DNA of 64,000 nucleotides from Mobula hypostoma (lineage: Eukaryota): the NCBI RefSeq assembly GCF_963921235.1, contig NC_086097.1, forward strand, positions 196,232,001 to 196,296,000, read 5' to 3'. A program made the position numbers and the translations under genes. Of the stretch, positions 12,116 through 26,200 are shown piece after piece (the first letter of the stretch is position 1; each line of letters opens with the position of its first letter). Under the pieces are notes generated by a model. It was not told the DNA's origin, searched no databases, and saw nothing but the letters and a program-made list of their open reading frames with translations.

Positions 12116-13403
12116 GATTTATTGAAAAAAATAAATATTTAAAGTAGTGTTGAAGGAATGGGGGGGGGAGTGGCAGAGAGGCCTTTATCATCTGCATATT
12201 TAGTACAGGGTGAAGAGAAGGTGAGACTTGATTGACATTAGCTTTTGACTATGTCATCATGCTCAGCAGTCTCAGCTCACCCTTGGCCAAACTACAACAG
12301 TGGGAACGTATCTGAAATGAATGGTGCAGTTGATGAGATGTGGAACTTGAGCATGAGTGTGAAATCACTGAACATTTTACTGTAATGCTCTAAGGTCCTT
12401 GGCGATGTACTTCTTGCATTAAACTGTTGCTATTTCCATTGCTATCGACGGGTCCCTGTGACCTTCCTTGGATAAAGGTCGTCTCTCCCCCTTCTCATTA
12501 GCCAAGGTCGCTTTGCTGCAACTGACCACTCTCTCCATGTTGTGCCATCTCTTCCTAGCAATCTGCAGTCATCTCCAGAGTAATTTCTACCATTGGTTTC
12601 AACAATAATCCACCATCTCCCCTTTAAAAACTGCAAGCTGATTTAAATCAATCCAGTCTTGCTGAGGGTCTCGACCCAAAACATCACTTCATGATGCTTG
12701 ACCTGCTCGAGTTTCTCCAGTTTTTTGTGCGTGTTGTTAAAAATTCAAAACACCTGTTTCTCAAGAACAAGCATCTTACCAAACAGCTGAGCCAAGCCAC
12801 CCAGTGGTCAGACTTTGCAATCACACATTGTGGCCAGACAATTACACCTTTAATAAATATTGATATCCACGTGCAAAATATAATGGAAGAAGCTGAAATG
12901 ACAATGTGGCAAAAATATGGCAATCAAAAATAAAGATTTATATACAGGAAAAGTGCACAGATGTAACAATGTTTAAAAAGGCATAGATTTTGGTCCAAGA
13001 TGGACAAAAAAAAAATCACCCTCAAATAAAAAAAATTGTGAACAGTGTAACATAATGATAAGAATCATTAGTGATGCCTCCTCCATCATCAGTTCTCAGT
13101 CTGAGCCTCAACATTTTCTCCACCCTTGAAGATAAGCTACATTGAAAGGAAGATTGCTCCAAGGCTCTTTTCAGAATGGCTGACTAAATAGCATTGGATG
13201 CACAACCTGCTTTTGTCCTAAAAGGCGTCTCCGCTTTTCTGGAAATTGCAGCCCATATTTTATCTGTTCCTCTCTGAATTTAATGAGCAACAACTCCATC
13301 ATCTGTAAAAATGCAAAAGGTGTCATTGCCTGACAATAAAATAAGCACATTAATGCAACGGCAGCATTGTGAAATGCTGAAAAGTTATTATGATATTATT
13401 TCT

Positions 13404-13453
13404 CCAGCAGGTGGCATTTAAAGGCCTGAGCAAAGCCTAAAATCTATAAATAG
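13404..13453 (+). promoter_or_regulatory. Candidate ABHD3 proximal regulatory motifs (CTCF-like/E-box and TATA/MEF2-like)
   Basis: CCAGCAGGTGGCA at 13404-13416 (contains E-box CAGGTG) and CTATAAATAG at 13444-13453, ~130 bp upstream of the ATG. Motif matches only. Confidence 0.3.
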
Positions 13454-13581
13454 CAGGCAAAGAGGATTGTGCTAGTGAGTGAGGGTTGGGCTGAAGGACA
13501 CAAGAACCTGGTTTTACAATCTCTTATGCTCTGATGTGAAGTGCAAGTAGCTGGACCTCATTCTATTCCAGTTGTTAAGCA

Positions 13582-13743
13582 ATGATTGAGGTGACATGGA
13601 ATGAGAACTCACTTACCAGAGATCTGACTGTGTATTTAGAAAATCAGGTCAAAATCAATCTGTCAAGTTCAGGGATAGGTTTGTCTCTTTTTTTGGGAAT
13701 CGGTGCTGCTTATGTCTGTTATTACCTGAGCACAGTTGCAAAG
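13582..13743 (+). CDS. ABHD3: ABHD3 (alpha/beta-hydrolase domain phospholipase), first coding exon
   Basis: MIEVTWNENSLTRDLTVYLENQVKINLSSSGIGLSLFLGIGAAYVCYYLSTVAK resembles the ABHD3 N-terminus/TM anchor (LSRELSLYLEHQV…GVGLSLILG…YYLSSIAK). Donor AAG|GTAAGA at 13743/13744, phase 0. Confidence 0.92.
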
Positions 13744-15250
13744 GTAAGAAAGTGGTTTATTGATTTTAATCCATATATAAAATCTGCTTGCTGTAATGTC
13801 CTCAAAGACAAAGAATGGTGCAGCAAATCATTTAATGCTCCTCGTTTTTTTCTATTAACCATATTGTAAGCTGTGTTTGTTACTTTGCCAGGAAGAGTTG
13901 CTGCTAAATCAATCCCTGTATGGAATGTGATTAAGTGATTAATTTTCAACTGCAGACATAGGTCTTACTGTAAAAAATCTGCTTATTTGAAAATCTCCAC
14001 TCACATTTCCACCTCTGCTTCAGCTCAGATTTGTCACTTTCAGATATACCTGCATAACAGGTAGCTGTATTAAGGTCAGTCATCTCCTCTCATGCTCTAT
14101 TTTTCCCTGGGTATTATACTCTCCATTTCACTCCGCTGTTCCCTCGCCTATGCTTGGCATGAATCCAGGGCCAGCCAGTCCGGTCTCATCTCTTCTTGTA
14201 CTCATCCTGTCTCATTCTCTCAATAATTATGTCTATTCCTTTGTTCTCCATCATTTTTCATCTCTTTAACTATTAGTATAAATTTAACTAAATTTTCTAA
14301 AATCATGACCTGCTTCAAATCAATTAAACTGGCACCTTTGCCATTTGATAGAAGTTCTAACCAGCTTAATCTCAGGAATTTCCTGCTCTGCGTGCAAAAC
14401 TCTAGTCTGACTCATAGGGAAGGTTAGAACTGGGGCAGTTAAACAAATGACACAAGTTTTGAGCAAATTTGTTCAGTGATATCTCTCTTTGACTTTTATA
14501 ACTGAAAAGTACATGTATGTAGAGAGATGATCACTGCTGTCTGTTTTACTGCTAGTTCAAGTCTTCTTCATGTGCCGGAAAATGTTTAGCAGAAATTCTA
14601 CCATATTAATTACTCTTAAAGCTTATAAATTCATTAGAGCTCACGTGAAGAAGTGTAGGAGGGCAAAGCACCAATAACTGTGATTTTCATGTTGAGCAAT
14701 TTATTCCAATTCAATATAAATAACCACAATGTGTAACCAGAAATTAAACTTAGAGAATTGATTAGTCCTTATCTTCAAAATACAAAACACAATCCACATT
14801 GACTTCCTTTCACAGCTGGTTTAGTGTGTAGTTGCTCAATGGTTTCTATGATACCATACTGGAAGGAAGAAAGAAAGAAAGAAAAATTAGCTTTATTTGT
14901 CACATGTACGTCAAATCACACAGCGAACTGCATTTTCATGGATGCTACCTGACCTGCTGAGTTCCTCTGCATTTTGTGTATGTCGCAGCAAAATGCATTG
15001 TTTGCATCAAATTACATCAGCGAGGATTGTGCTGGATCGCCCACATGTGTGGCCACACTTCTGGCTCTAATGTAGCACACCCACATTTCACAATACTAAC
15101 TATGCACCTTTGGAATGTGGGTGGAAACAGGACCACTCTGTCTAATTTTCCAGCTTTGTTCCCTAGCAGGGAGTTTTGCTTAGAAAAGCACAGATTTAGA
15201 AAACAGGTATTTAAACCAAAAAAAAAAGCAAAAGAATTAACTTTTGACAT

Positions 15251-15824
15251 GGCAACGCACATAAAAGTTGTTGGTGAATGCAGCAGGCCAGGCAGCATCT
15301 TTAGGAAGAGGTACAGTCGACGTTTCGGACTGAGACCCTTCGTCAGGACCAACCGAAAGAAGAGCTAGCAAGAGATTTGAAAGTGGGAATGGGAAGGGGG
15401 AGATCCGAAATGATAGAAGAAGACAGGAAGGGTAGGGATGGAGCCAAAAGCTGGACAGTTGATTGGCAAAAGGGATATGAGAGGATCATGGGACAGGAGG
15501 CCTAGGGAGAAAGAAAAGGGGGGGGGGAAACCAGAGGATGGGCAAGGGATATAGTGAGGGGTACAGAGGGAGAAAAAAAAGAGAGAAAAAGAATGTGTGT
15601 ATATAAATAAGTAACGGTTGGGGTACGAGGGGGACGTGGGGCATTAGCGGAAGTTTGAGAAGTCAATGTTCATGCCATCAGGTTGGAGGCTACCCAGACG
15701 GAATATAAGGTGTTGTTCCTCCAAGCTGAATGTGGCTTCATCCTTTCATGCCATCAGGTTGGAGGCTACCCAGACGGAATATTTCATGCTATTATCTGCA
15801 GATTTCCTTGTGTTTGCGTTTTTA
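15251..15824 (-). mobile_element. Short PLE 3' insertion with partial inverted end and 12-bp TSD
   Basis: TSD aacttttgacat at 15239-15250 and 15825-15836; contains the GIY-YIG C-terminus, 3' UTR and hammerhead. Confidence 0.85.
15315..15350 (-). ncRNA. Minimal hammerhead ribozyme (PLE-associated), intact core
   Basis: - strand GGUC CUGACGA A GGGUCUCAGUCC GAAA CGUC GACU. Confidence 0.72.
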
Positions 15825-16597
15825 AACTTTTGACATCATAGAATTTATTTATTCATTTTTTGGAATTTAGGAAGGCCAATATTTACTGACCAGTCCTAAA
15901 TACCCTTGTGAAGACTGCTGTAGTCCATCTGTTGAAGCTGCATTGCTGCTGAGAAAAATACATATGGAGCTGTGACAATAATAGCCTGGTGATATACATT
16001 CAAATCAGGATAATGTACAACTAGAAGAAGAATCTGCAGGTGGTGGTTTCCCTTAAGATGAGCCTGTCCTTCTTAGTAGTACAGGCTATAAGGGATTATT
16101 CTGGAATTATAAAATTATGTGAATATAGCGGATATTAATTCAAGAAAGAACCAATTTGAAGTTCTTGATATAAATTGCAAGCTATAATTTACAAATACCA
16201 CTGTCTATGGAGCACAGGCTACTGCTCAAGCTACGTTTTGCAAAGTGAAATGACCATGACACCATATGTTCCCATCTGCATCAGCCAAACGTAAGACAAT
16301 GGGGTTATGTTAATTGGCCTGCATCAAACCAGGCATCCAGGGGCTGTTATTGTGACTGGGTTCAAGGAATCTTGCAGACCAGACTGAGTTTGTCACTGAG
16401 TACATCGAATATGGTCATGGGCATATTTGATCAATCAATTGTTGGGATATTTGTGCACTCATAGATTCAGGCCTCTCAGCATTAACTTAGGGTGTTTGAC
16501 ATATCTGTTCCCCAAAGCTTTTAGACTATGTGTATGAATTCCTTTGTTCCAGCAAAGGTGTTTGAACATTTAGAGATAGCAACACTGACCACTAAAG

Positions 16598-17355
16598 TAA
16601 ACGATCAACTTGATTCACTCTACATATTTATATGCATTAGGAATTTGTTGTGGTGTGTTGGCATGACATGCAACAAAAAATAACATTCAACAATTATAAA
16701 GAATAAAAAATATATAAAAGTAAGTTACATGTTAAAGAATGGATCGGGAATAAAATGTGATGAACACAGACAATGTAAACAGCAGTATAAAAAATAGTTT
16801 AAGGTGTTTTAAATGCAGTCAACGTGCTAGTAGATAGAGGGGGTTTGGGTAGCTAACAAGGATGATTGGTCAGATTAACTGACTGAGGGAAGAAACTTTT
16901 AAGGCTGTATGAAGTTTTCGTTTTCATAGCCCTATAGTGTTTTCCAGGAGGGAGCTTTTAGAAAAGGCATTTTGCAGGGTGGCTAGTGTCCGCAATGAAT
17001 TTTCCTGACCTGGGCATGTACAGGTCTTGCAGTGATGGTAGACTGCAGCCAATAACTTTTTCTACTGATTTAACAGTTTGCTGTAATTTTCATATGCTGT
17101 GAGAGGATGCTACTAAACCAGACAGTAATGGCTGATGTGCGAATGTTTTCTTTTATGGCCGCGTAGAATTCTACCAGTATGTTCGGGGGAAGGTGGAATT
17201 TTACCGACTACCACAGGAATCACATCCTCTGCCGAGCCTGTTTGTTATTGGAAGGGATATAGTTCTCCCACATGAGGTCCTGTAAAATAATGACACCCAG
17301 GAACAAGGAAGTTGAAACAGTACTAACAGTAGACTCGTTGATGATGAGTGGGTGT
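16598..17355 (-). mobile_element. Degenerate Rex1/Babar-like LINE 3' fragment
   Basis: - strand RT C-terminal-like PLIINESTVSTVSTSLFLGVII…W…KQARQRM, followed by a 3' UTR. Boundaries approximate. Confidence 0.6.
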
Positions 17356-18572
17356 ATATCATTGTAACTACTGAAACTGCTGTAGTTACTACAATGATAA
17401 ATGGTGACCTTTGATCTTAAGGATATAAAATATAATGTACTTTGAGTTTGGGTCACTCTACCAAGAGGGTCCCCAGGACAATGCCTGCTTGTTGTGATAA
17501 ATGAGGACTTGTATATCACCAGCTTCTGTGTCTCCCAAGTAACTCAGATCACAATCACAACATAAGCCACAGGGTTTGTGACTGCAATATACTCTGTAAA
17601 CCACACATATTGCAGCTTTTATTTGTCAGTGTTGGAGGGAATGAATATTTATGGTGGGTGACGGGGTATCTATTAATCAGGATGCTTTTTCCTGCCTGTT
17701 CAAATTCATGGAACTTCCTGAGAGTTGTTGCAGCAATTAGAGAGTATTCTATGACGCTCCTGACTTTGGGTCTTGTAGATTATGGAGAGGAACTGGGATG
17801 TCAGGGGTTGAATCACTAGCAGAATAACTAGCATCTGACCTGATCTTGTACCCATGGTATTTGTGTTGAGTTTCTGATCAATAACGATAATAGGGATTCA
17901 GAAATGGTAATACCACAGAATGTTGACTGAAGGTGATTAGATTCTCACTATTGGAGATGGCCAGTGACTTGTATTTTGCAGCATTAATTTTTTTAAATGT
18001 TTTTTGGGATCTTGGTGTGAATCTTTGTCTACTGGTGATGGAGGGAATGAATATCTATGGTAGCTGGTGGGGTACTGGCGCTTTATCTTGGAGAGTATTG
18101 AGCCTTTTGAGAGTTGCTAGCTGCAAGCCTAGATTATTCCCATATTCTCCCTTGTAAATGGAAAGGGCTTAGGATGACAGGAAATGAGAGTGATTCCCAG
18201 CCTCTGACCTCCTGGTGTAACTATGATAAACATGTATGTTCCTAAGTAGTTTCTAATCAATGGTGACCCCAGGATATTGATGATTGGAGACTTTGTGATA
18301 ACAAGGCCATTGAATGTCAAATGCAAGACTTATTGTCCAGCACTTGTCACATATCAGCTCATGCCTGGACATTGTCTGAGTCTTTTTCGATGCAGGCGTG
18401 GACTGCTTCATTTGATGAAGGACTGGAATTGAATATCTGCAAATATGTCCATTTCTGACTTTATGATGAAGGAGGATCATTAATGAATCTGCTGAAAATG
18501 GCTCAGTCCAGGACATAGCCCTAAGGATGATTGAATCCTAGAGATGATGCCTGCTATGTCCCTACTGATGCC

Positions 18573-19160
18573 AATATATACTATAAAAGCAAGGATATTA
18601 CGCTGAGGCTTTATAAGGCCTTGGTCAGGCCATACTTGGAGTTTTGTTTGAAGTTTTAAGCCTTTGTCTAAGAAAGAATGTGCTGACATTGGAGAGGGTC
18701 CAGAAGTGGTTTACAAGAATAATCCTGGGAATGAAAGGGTTAATATGGGATGAGTGGTTGATAGCCCTGGGTTTATGTTCATTGGTTTAGAGGAATGAGG
18801 AGGGTTCTAACTGAAACCTATTGAATATTGAAAGACCTAGATACAGTGCACAGGGAGAGGATGTTTCCTATGGGGAGGGTGGTATCCAAAACCAGAGGGC
18901 ACAGACTCAGAATAGAAGGACATCCCTTTAGAATAGAGATGATTAGGAATGTCTTTGTCCAAGTTATTGGGTCTTTGTCCAAGTCATATTTAAAGCAGAG
19001 GTTGATAGGTTCTTGATTAGTAAGAGTGTCAAAGGTTACAAGAAGAAGGCAGGAGAATGGGCTTATGAAGGATAATAAATCAGCCAAGATGGAATGGCAG
19101 AGAGACTTGATAGGCCAAATGGCCTAATTCTACTCCTATGTCTTATGCTGTTATGGTCTT
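18573..19160 (+). mobile_element. CR1 LINE 3' fragment
   Basis: LRLYKALVRP, LERVQK and TRGHRLRI motifs; tail ctcctatgtcttatg. Confidence 0.85.
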
Positions 19161-21608
19161 GATTTCAAGAGCAGCATTTCCCTCCTCATGAATTCTGTTC
19201 TTTATTCAGACCAAGTCCGTAGAAAATAATGTCTACCACTTTGATAATGATTGACAGTGTTCTGATTGAGCAGTAATTAGCCAGATTGGGTTTGTCCTGG
19301 CTTTTCAAGAACACTTCATGCCTGACCACTTCTCCACATTGCATTTACCTCACTGGTATCTATCTGACATTGTAATATCATGACCGGAGGTTTAATTGGA
19401 ATCTAGGGCACAGTTCTTCAGCATAGCAGCTCAGACGTTGACTAGTTTCATCACCTTTGTTTACTCTAATCAATGTTGTCTGCATCTTTTAATATCATAT
19501 TGAAAGAATCATCCTGGCTGAAGACTGATTTCTGTTTTGATGGTGGGGATCTCTGAATGGAGCCAAAATAGTTGCATATTCTTGCGTCTTGTTTCTGTCA
19601 CTCACTCACTCACTCACTCGCTCGCTCTGCCATTATGAATGATGGGGTTGTTTTTGGATCCTCTTCTCCCTGTTATATGTTTCATTCTCACCCACAATTT
19701 ATGACTAGACATGGAAGAACTGCAGAGCTTCGGCCGGATCTGGGGCAACGGAAAAAATTAGCATTTACATTTTACTGCCAATCATGTATGTTGTCCTGAG
19801 CTGCAGTATCAACAGCCTGGCACCTCACCACTTTCAGTATGCCTGATGCTGCTTCCAGCATGCCCTATTGTACCACGTAAGTTTTGTGCAGAAATGTGAC
19901 ACAAATGAAAAAAACAGCTTCAGTTTGCTATTCAGAAGGTGCTACACTGTCAAGGTTACCACTTTCCAGTTGAGATGTTTATCTGAGACTCCTTTCGCTC
20001 TCTCTGATTTTCCATAGTGCAAAAGATTCTACTGTGCAATTTTGCAGAAGAGCAGGGATGTTAACAAAGTTGATTCCTCAACCAAGGTCACCAGTGCCAA
20101 TTAATTGTCATCATCATCATCATCATCATCACTGCTTTTTGTAGGAGCAATAATGCAGAGTGTTCATTTTTGTGGGTTTTGCAGGCTGAACCAATGTTTA
20201 ATTGCCAATCTTAATTGCTATTGAGAAGCTGGTGGTGAGCTTCCTTCATGAACCACTTTAGTTCTTTTTGTTTGGGTATACCCACGATGCTGTTTGGGGA
20301 TGGAGGGGTTAGTTTCAGGATTTTGACACAGCGATGGTGAAGGGTGTTAATTTACTTCCAAGGCAGAATAGGTGAGGCTTGGAGGGCAACTTTCAGAAGG
20401 TGATGTGAATTTTTGCAGCTTTTGTCCTGCTAACTGGTTAGGGTCATGGGTTTGGAAGGTGCTGTCTGAGAAGTCTTGGTGAGAAGCTACAGTGCATCCT
20501 GTAGATGATACAAATCTCTGCTACTCTGTATTAGTGATGGAGTGAGTAAATGGTGTTGGGTGGGTGAAGGGGTGCCTTTCACAAGATTGCTATGTTCAGT
20601 ATGGTGTCAAGCTTCTTGAATATTGTTGAAGCTGCACTCATCCATGCAAGTGGGGTGTATCCATCGTACTCCTGAACCATATATTGTGGATGGAGGACAG
20701 GCATTGGGGGGAAGAGGTGAGATACTCATCACAGAACGGCGAGCTTTTGACCTGCTCTCAGTAACCACCTTGTGTATAAGGCGACTCCAGTTCAGTTTCC
20801 AGTCAATGGTAAACTCCAACATATTGATAGTGGGAGATTCAGTGACAGTAAGCCACTGAATTTCAGGAGATGATGGCTAGAATTTCTCTGTTTATATCAT
20901 TGTTTCCTGCCACTTCTGTGGTATCTATAAATTCTCCAATGACACAATTGCTGTCATCATAGTCTCAGATGGAGACGAGCAGGTATACAGGAGTGTACTG
21001 TGAGACAGATTGGCTTGTTGAATGGTGTTGCAACAACTCTGCACTCAACATCAGTAAAAACAAGGAATTGATGGTAGACTTCAATTATGGGAGTGAATAC
21101 AATACTGAAGTTATAGATTTCCTCTTTCTGTGAAGCACTGACAACTATATTGTCACTCCAAGTGAAACCAACTGCTCAAAATTATTCAAATGTTTACAGT
21201 GGTAGAAAATACACTTTTGAATAAGCTTTGATATAACATAAAAAGACCAGAGTTTTGAAATCAATTATTAATGGAAGAAAACTTAGATTTTTTTTCCCCT
21301 CCAATATAAAACTTAGCAAGATAGTAGCGTTTTCCTCAGGTTCATGAGCGAATAAGTAACCAGATGTGATACAATGATGCAATTATTATGAAATCATTCA
21401 GATACCAAAGGGCATTCAGCAATTGTGGCTTAAAATGGTTTAGTGAGGTTCAAAGGGCATTGAACATGTGGATGTTATCTTATATTCCACAAGACTAGTT
21501 AAAAAAAAATGAACTAGAGCAGTTTTATGGGTTAGCTTATCTACAAAAATGGAAAACCAAACTTAAGAATAACTTAGTTAATATTTTATTTTAGAACCAC
21601 TAGGCAGG

Positions 21609-22245
21609 AGATAAGACCATAAGATATGAACAGAATTAGGCAATTCGGCCCATTGGGCCTGCTCTGCCATTTGATCATGCCTGATCCAATTTTCTCTCAA
21701 CCCCATTCTCCTGCCTTCTCCCTGTAACCTTTCATGCCCAGACTTACGAAGAATCTATGAAACTCTGCCTAAAATGCACCCAAAGACCTGTCATCCACAG
21801 CCGCCTGTGGAAATGAATTCCACAGATTCAACTCCCATCCCCCACACCTTTGGCAAAAGAAATTCCTCCTCATCTCCGTTCTAAATGGATGTCCCTCTAT
21901 CCTGAGGTTTTGCTCTCTGGTCTTACATAACCCCACTATAAGAAACATCCTCTCACATTCACTGTGTCTAGGCCTTTCAACATTTGATAGGTTTCAATGA
22001 GATCCCCTCTCATTCTTCTAAATTCCAGCAAGTACAGGCCTAGAGCCATCAAGCACACCTCATATGATAAGCCTTTCATTCCCAGAATTATTTTCATAAA
22101 CATCCTTTGAACCCTCTCCAGTGTCAGCACATCCTTTCATAGAGAGGCAACCCAAAACTGCTCATAATATTCCAAGCAAGGCCTCACCAGTGCCTTATAA
22201 AGTCTCTGCATTACATCCTTGATTTAATATTCTAGTCCTCTTGAG
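21609..22245 (-). mobile_element. CR1 LINE 3' fragment
   Basis: LERVQRMFMKII…RRMRGDLIETYQMLKGLD; (tcttatgg)-type tail at 21609-21630. Confidence 0.85.
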
Positions 22246-23275
22246 ATATTTCAGATGTATGCCTACAGTAATATTCCAACTTTGTCACCTATTGGCAAGC
22301 TCTTCAGTGAGATGACAACACATTTGAAATAATTAATCATTTCATTTTGGACATCCTCATAGCAGATAAACTGGAATGCAGGTTACTATGATTCTTGCTA
22401 CATCTGATGTTCATTGGTCAGAATTTTTAGGCACTATCAAAAAAGGATACATAAAGTTCAAGTTCCAGGTACTTTTGAAATGATTTTAGAAAGCTTTTCT
22501 CTGTCAAATATCCTCAGTTTTTAACACTTGCATGTCTCTTTCTGCCTATTGCTCCAGTGTGTCATCCATCCACCTCCCTATCCTGTAAGATCATAGAATC
22601 CTAGGGAGGTACAGCAGAGAATAGGCTTTTAAATACACCAGCTGGGAACATACATATATAACCTTGATTGCGTAGCCTACAATCTGCTGACTTTTCATTT
22701 CAACAGAGTGAAATATCACAAACTGTCCTCCTGGTGCACAAGGCTCTGCGCAGTCAGCACTCACTTGGTAAATTTATCTTTGTGTCTTCACTGGCTGAAT
22801 TATTGACAACTTCCTGCATTTTCTTTTAATACTTGAAGCAATCCTATTAAACTTGTACTAGTAGCATAATTAACTGACTGATTGAAGTGAATCTCAGAAA
22901 GAAAACACATGCAGTATAAACCAGATAGCAATAATGAACTTGTAAAGAAAATGTAGTTCCATAATATAGGAGAAATTGTAGTAGAGCATTCTTTCACTGA
23001 ATCAACACGGAACTACGTACTGCATTCAGTACTACGAAGAAACAGTCCTTTCCATTGCAAGGCAAAAACACTGGGGGTGGGTGTAGTGCATTGAATATTT
23101 CAGTAATATTTGAATAATATTGTTTTATTGAGCATTCTTTGGTTAGTTACATAATTAATTACAGGGTCAATGTAAGAAGTATGTGAATGGCATACGTCAT
23201 ATGTGAGCACCTCACTAAAGAAGTACTAAGTACACGAGTATCCCCAGCTCCTGTGTTTTTCTTTCATTTAGCTTT

Positions 23276-26200
23276 AGACCTTAAGACATAGGAGCAGAAA
23301 GTAGACCATTTGGCCCATTGAGTCTGCTCCACCATTCAATCATGACTGATTTTTATCCTTCCTCAGCCCCACTCCCCAGCCTCTCCCCGTAATCTTTGAT
23401 GCAGTGTCCAATCCAGAATGACCCACAAATTCACCACCCTCAGGCTAAAGGAATTTCTCCGCATCTCTGTTTTAAATAGATGCCCATCTATCCTGAGGCT
23501 GTGCCCCCTTGTCCTAGGATCCCCCAACATGGGAAACGTCCTTTCCACATCTACTCTGTCTAGGCCTTCCAACATTTGAAAGGTTTCAATAAGATACCTC
23601 CCCCCCACCTCATCTTCAAAATTCTACCAAGTACAGAGCCACAGCCATCAAACGTTCCTTGTATGATAACCCTTTGTTTCCTGGAATCATCTTCGTGAAC
23701 CTCCTCTGAACCCTCTCCAATGCCAGCACATCTTTTCTGAGATGAGGAGCCCAAAACTGTTCATAATACTCAAGGTGAGGCCTCACCAGTGCATTATAAA
23801 GCCTCAGCATCACATCCCTGCTCTTGTATTCTGGACCTCTTGAAATGAATGCAAACTTTGCCTTTGCCTTCCTCACCACCTGCAAGTTAAACTTTAGCAT
23901 GTTCTGCCCAAGGACTCCCAAGTCCCCTTGCATTTCAGGTTTTTGGATTTTCTCCCTATTTAGAAATAATCTGCACATTTATTTCTACTACCAAAGTGCA
24001 TGACCATGCATTTTCCAACATTGTATTACATTTGCCACCCTCTTGCACATTCCCCTAATCAATCTAAGTCCTTCTGTACCCTACCTACTTCCTCAACACT
24101 GCCTGCCCCTCCACCTATCTTCGTATCATCTGCAAACTTGGGAACAAGCCATCTATTTCATCATCTAAGTCATTTATATACAGCATTAAACGATGTGGTC
24201 CCAGCACCGACCCCTCCAGAACACCACTAGTCACTGGCAGCTAACCAGAAAAGGATCCTTTTATTCCCACTCGCTGCATCCTACCAATCAGCCATTGCTC
24301 TAACCATGTTAGTAACTTTCCTGTAATGCCATGGGCTCTTAACTTAATAAGCAGCTTCATGTGTGGCACCTTGTCAAATACCTTCTTCAAGTCCAAATAT
24401 ACAACATCCACTGCATCCCTTTTATGTATCCTACTTGTAATCTCCTCAAAGAATTCCAACAGATTCGTTAGGCAAGATTTTCCCTTAAGGAAACCATGCT
24501 GATCTTTTCCTATCAAGTACTCCATAATCTCATCCTTAACAATTGACTCCAACATCTTCCCAACCACTGAGGTCAGGCTAACTGGTCTATAATTTCCTTT
24601 CAGCTGCCTTCCTCCTTTCTTAAAGAGAGGAGTGACATTAGCAATTTTCCAGTCCTCTGACACCATTCCAGAGTCCAATGATTTTTTTGAAAGATCATTA
24701 CTACTGCCTCCAAAATCTCTATCACTACTTCTTTCAGAACTCTAGCGTGCAGTTCATTTGGTCTGGATGACTTGTGCACCCTTAGGTCTTTCAGCTTTTG
24801 AGCATGTTCTTCTTTGTAATAGTAACTGCGCCCACTTCTCTTCCTTCACACCCTTCAACAGCTGGCACACTGCTAGTGTCTTCCACCATAAAGACTGATG
24901 CAAAATACTTATTTAGTTCATCCTTGGTTCCCGTTATTATTTCTCCAGCCTCATTTTCTAGCAGTCTTTATCCACTGTCATTTTTCTTTTATCTTTTATA
25001 TACTTGAAAAAGCTTTAACGATCCACTTTGATATTGTTTGCTAGCTTAGCTTGCTTTTATATTTCATCTTTTCCCTCCTAGTGATTCTTTTAATTGCTCT
25101 CCATAGGGTTTTAAAAGCTTCCCAATCTTGTCTTTCCACTAATTTTTGCTTTGTTGTATGATCTCTCTTTTGCTTTTACATTAGATTGACTTCCCTTGCC
25201 GGCCACAATTGTACTATTTTGCCATTTGAGTAATTCTTTGTCTTTGGAATACATCTATCCTGCACGTTCCTCATTCTTCCTAGAAACTCATGCCATTGCT
25301 GCTCTGTTGTCATCCCTACCAGCATCTCCTTCCAATTTACTTTGGCCAACTCCTCTCTCATACCCCTGTAATTTCCTTTACTCCACTGAAATACTGCTAT
25401 GTCAGACTTTACTTTGTCCCTATCAAATTTCAAGTTGAACTCAGTGATATTGTGACCACTGCCTCCTAAGCTTTCTTTTACCTTAAGCTCCCTAATTATC
25501 TCCGGTTCATATATAACGCCCATTCCAGTATAGCGGATCCATGTAGGCTCAACAACAAACTGCTCTAAAAAGCCATCTCGTAGGCATTCAACAAACTAAC
25601 TCTGTTGGGATCCATTTCCAACCTGATTTTCCCAATCGACCTGCATGTTGAAATTTCCCATGACTATCATGACATTGCCCCTTTGACACACCTTTTCTAT
25701 TTCCTTTTGTAATCTGTGGTCCATATCCCATCTACTATTGGGAGGCATGTCACCAGGGTCCTTTTACCCCTGCAGTCTCTTAAATCAACCAACAAGGATT
25801 CAACATCTTCCTGTTACGTACCCCGTAACTGGGTTGCCAAACCAGCAGAAATGGATCACTCAGTTGGAGTCTGGATTACTAGAACTAAGAAAGTTTTATT
25901 AAAGACACAAGCAACACAGTAATCGAAAGGATAATAAATGCAACAGTTCAGCAATGATAAACACACATGTACACCAAATTAAGATAACAGGATCAATCAA
26001 GCTCTATCGTTGTCTAGGGGTAAATGACCAATTTCAAAGTGACGTAAAGTTCAGTCCAATTTAGTTTAGTTTGCAGTAATCGTTGCCGTGGCGATGGACA
26101 ATGTGGGGGAAGGAGAGAGAGAAAACAAGAACGAATAATCATTCAAAACGGCTTCCACACACAGACCTGCGATATTGCTCACAAGCAGCTTTCGGGCGAG

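Noticed and set aside
12442..12636. 64-aa antisense ORF upstream of ABHD3
   Set aside because: No recognisable homology in any frame I translated.
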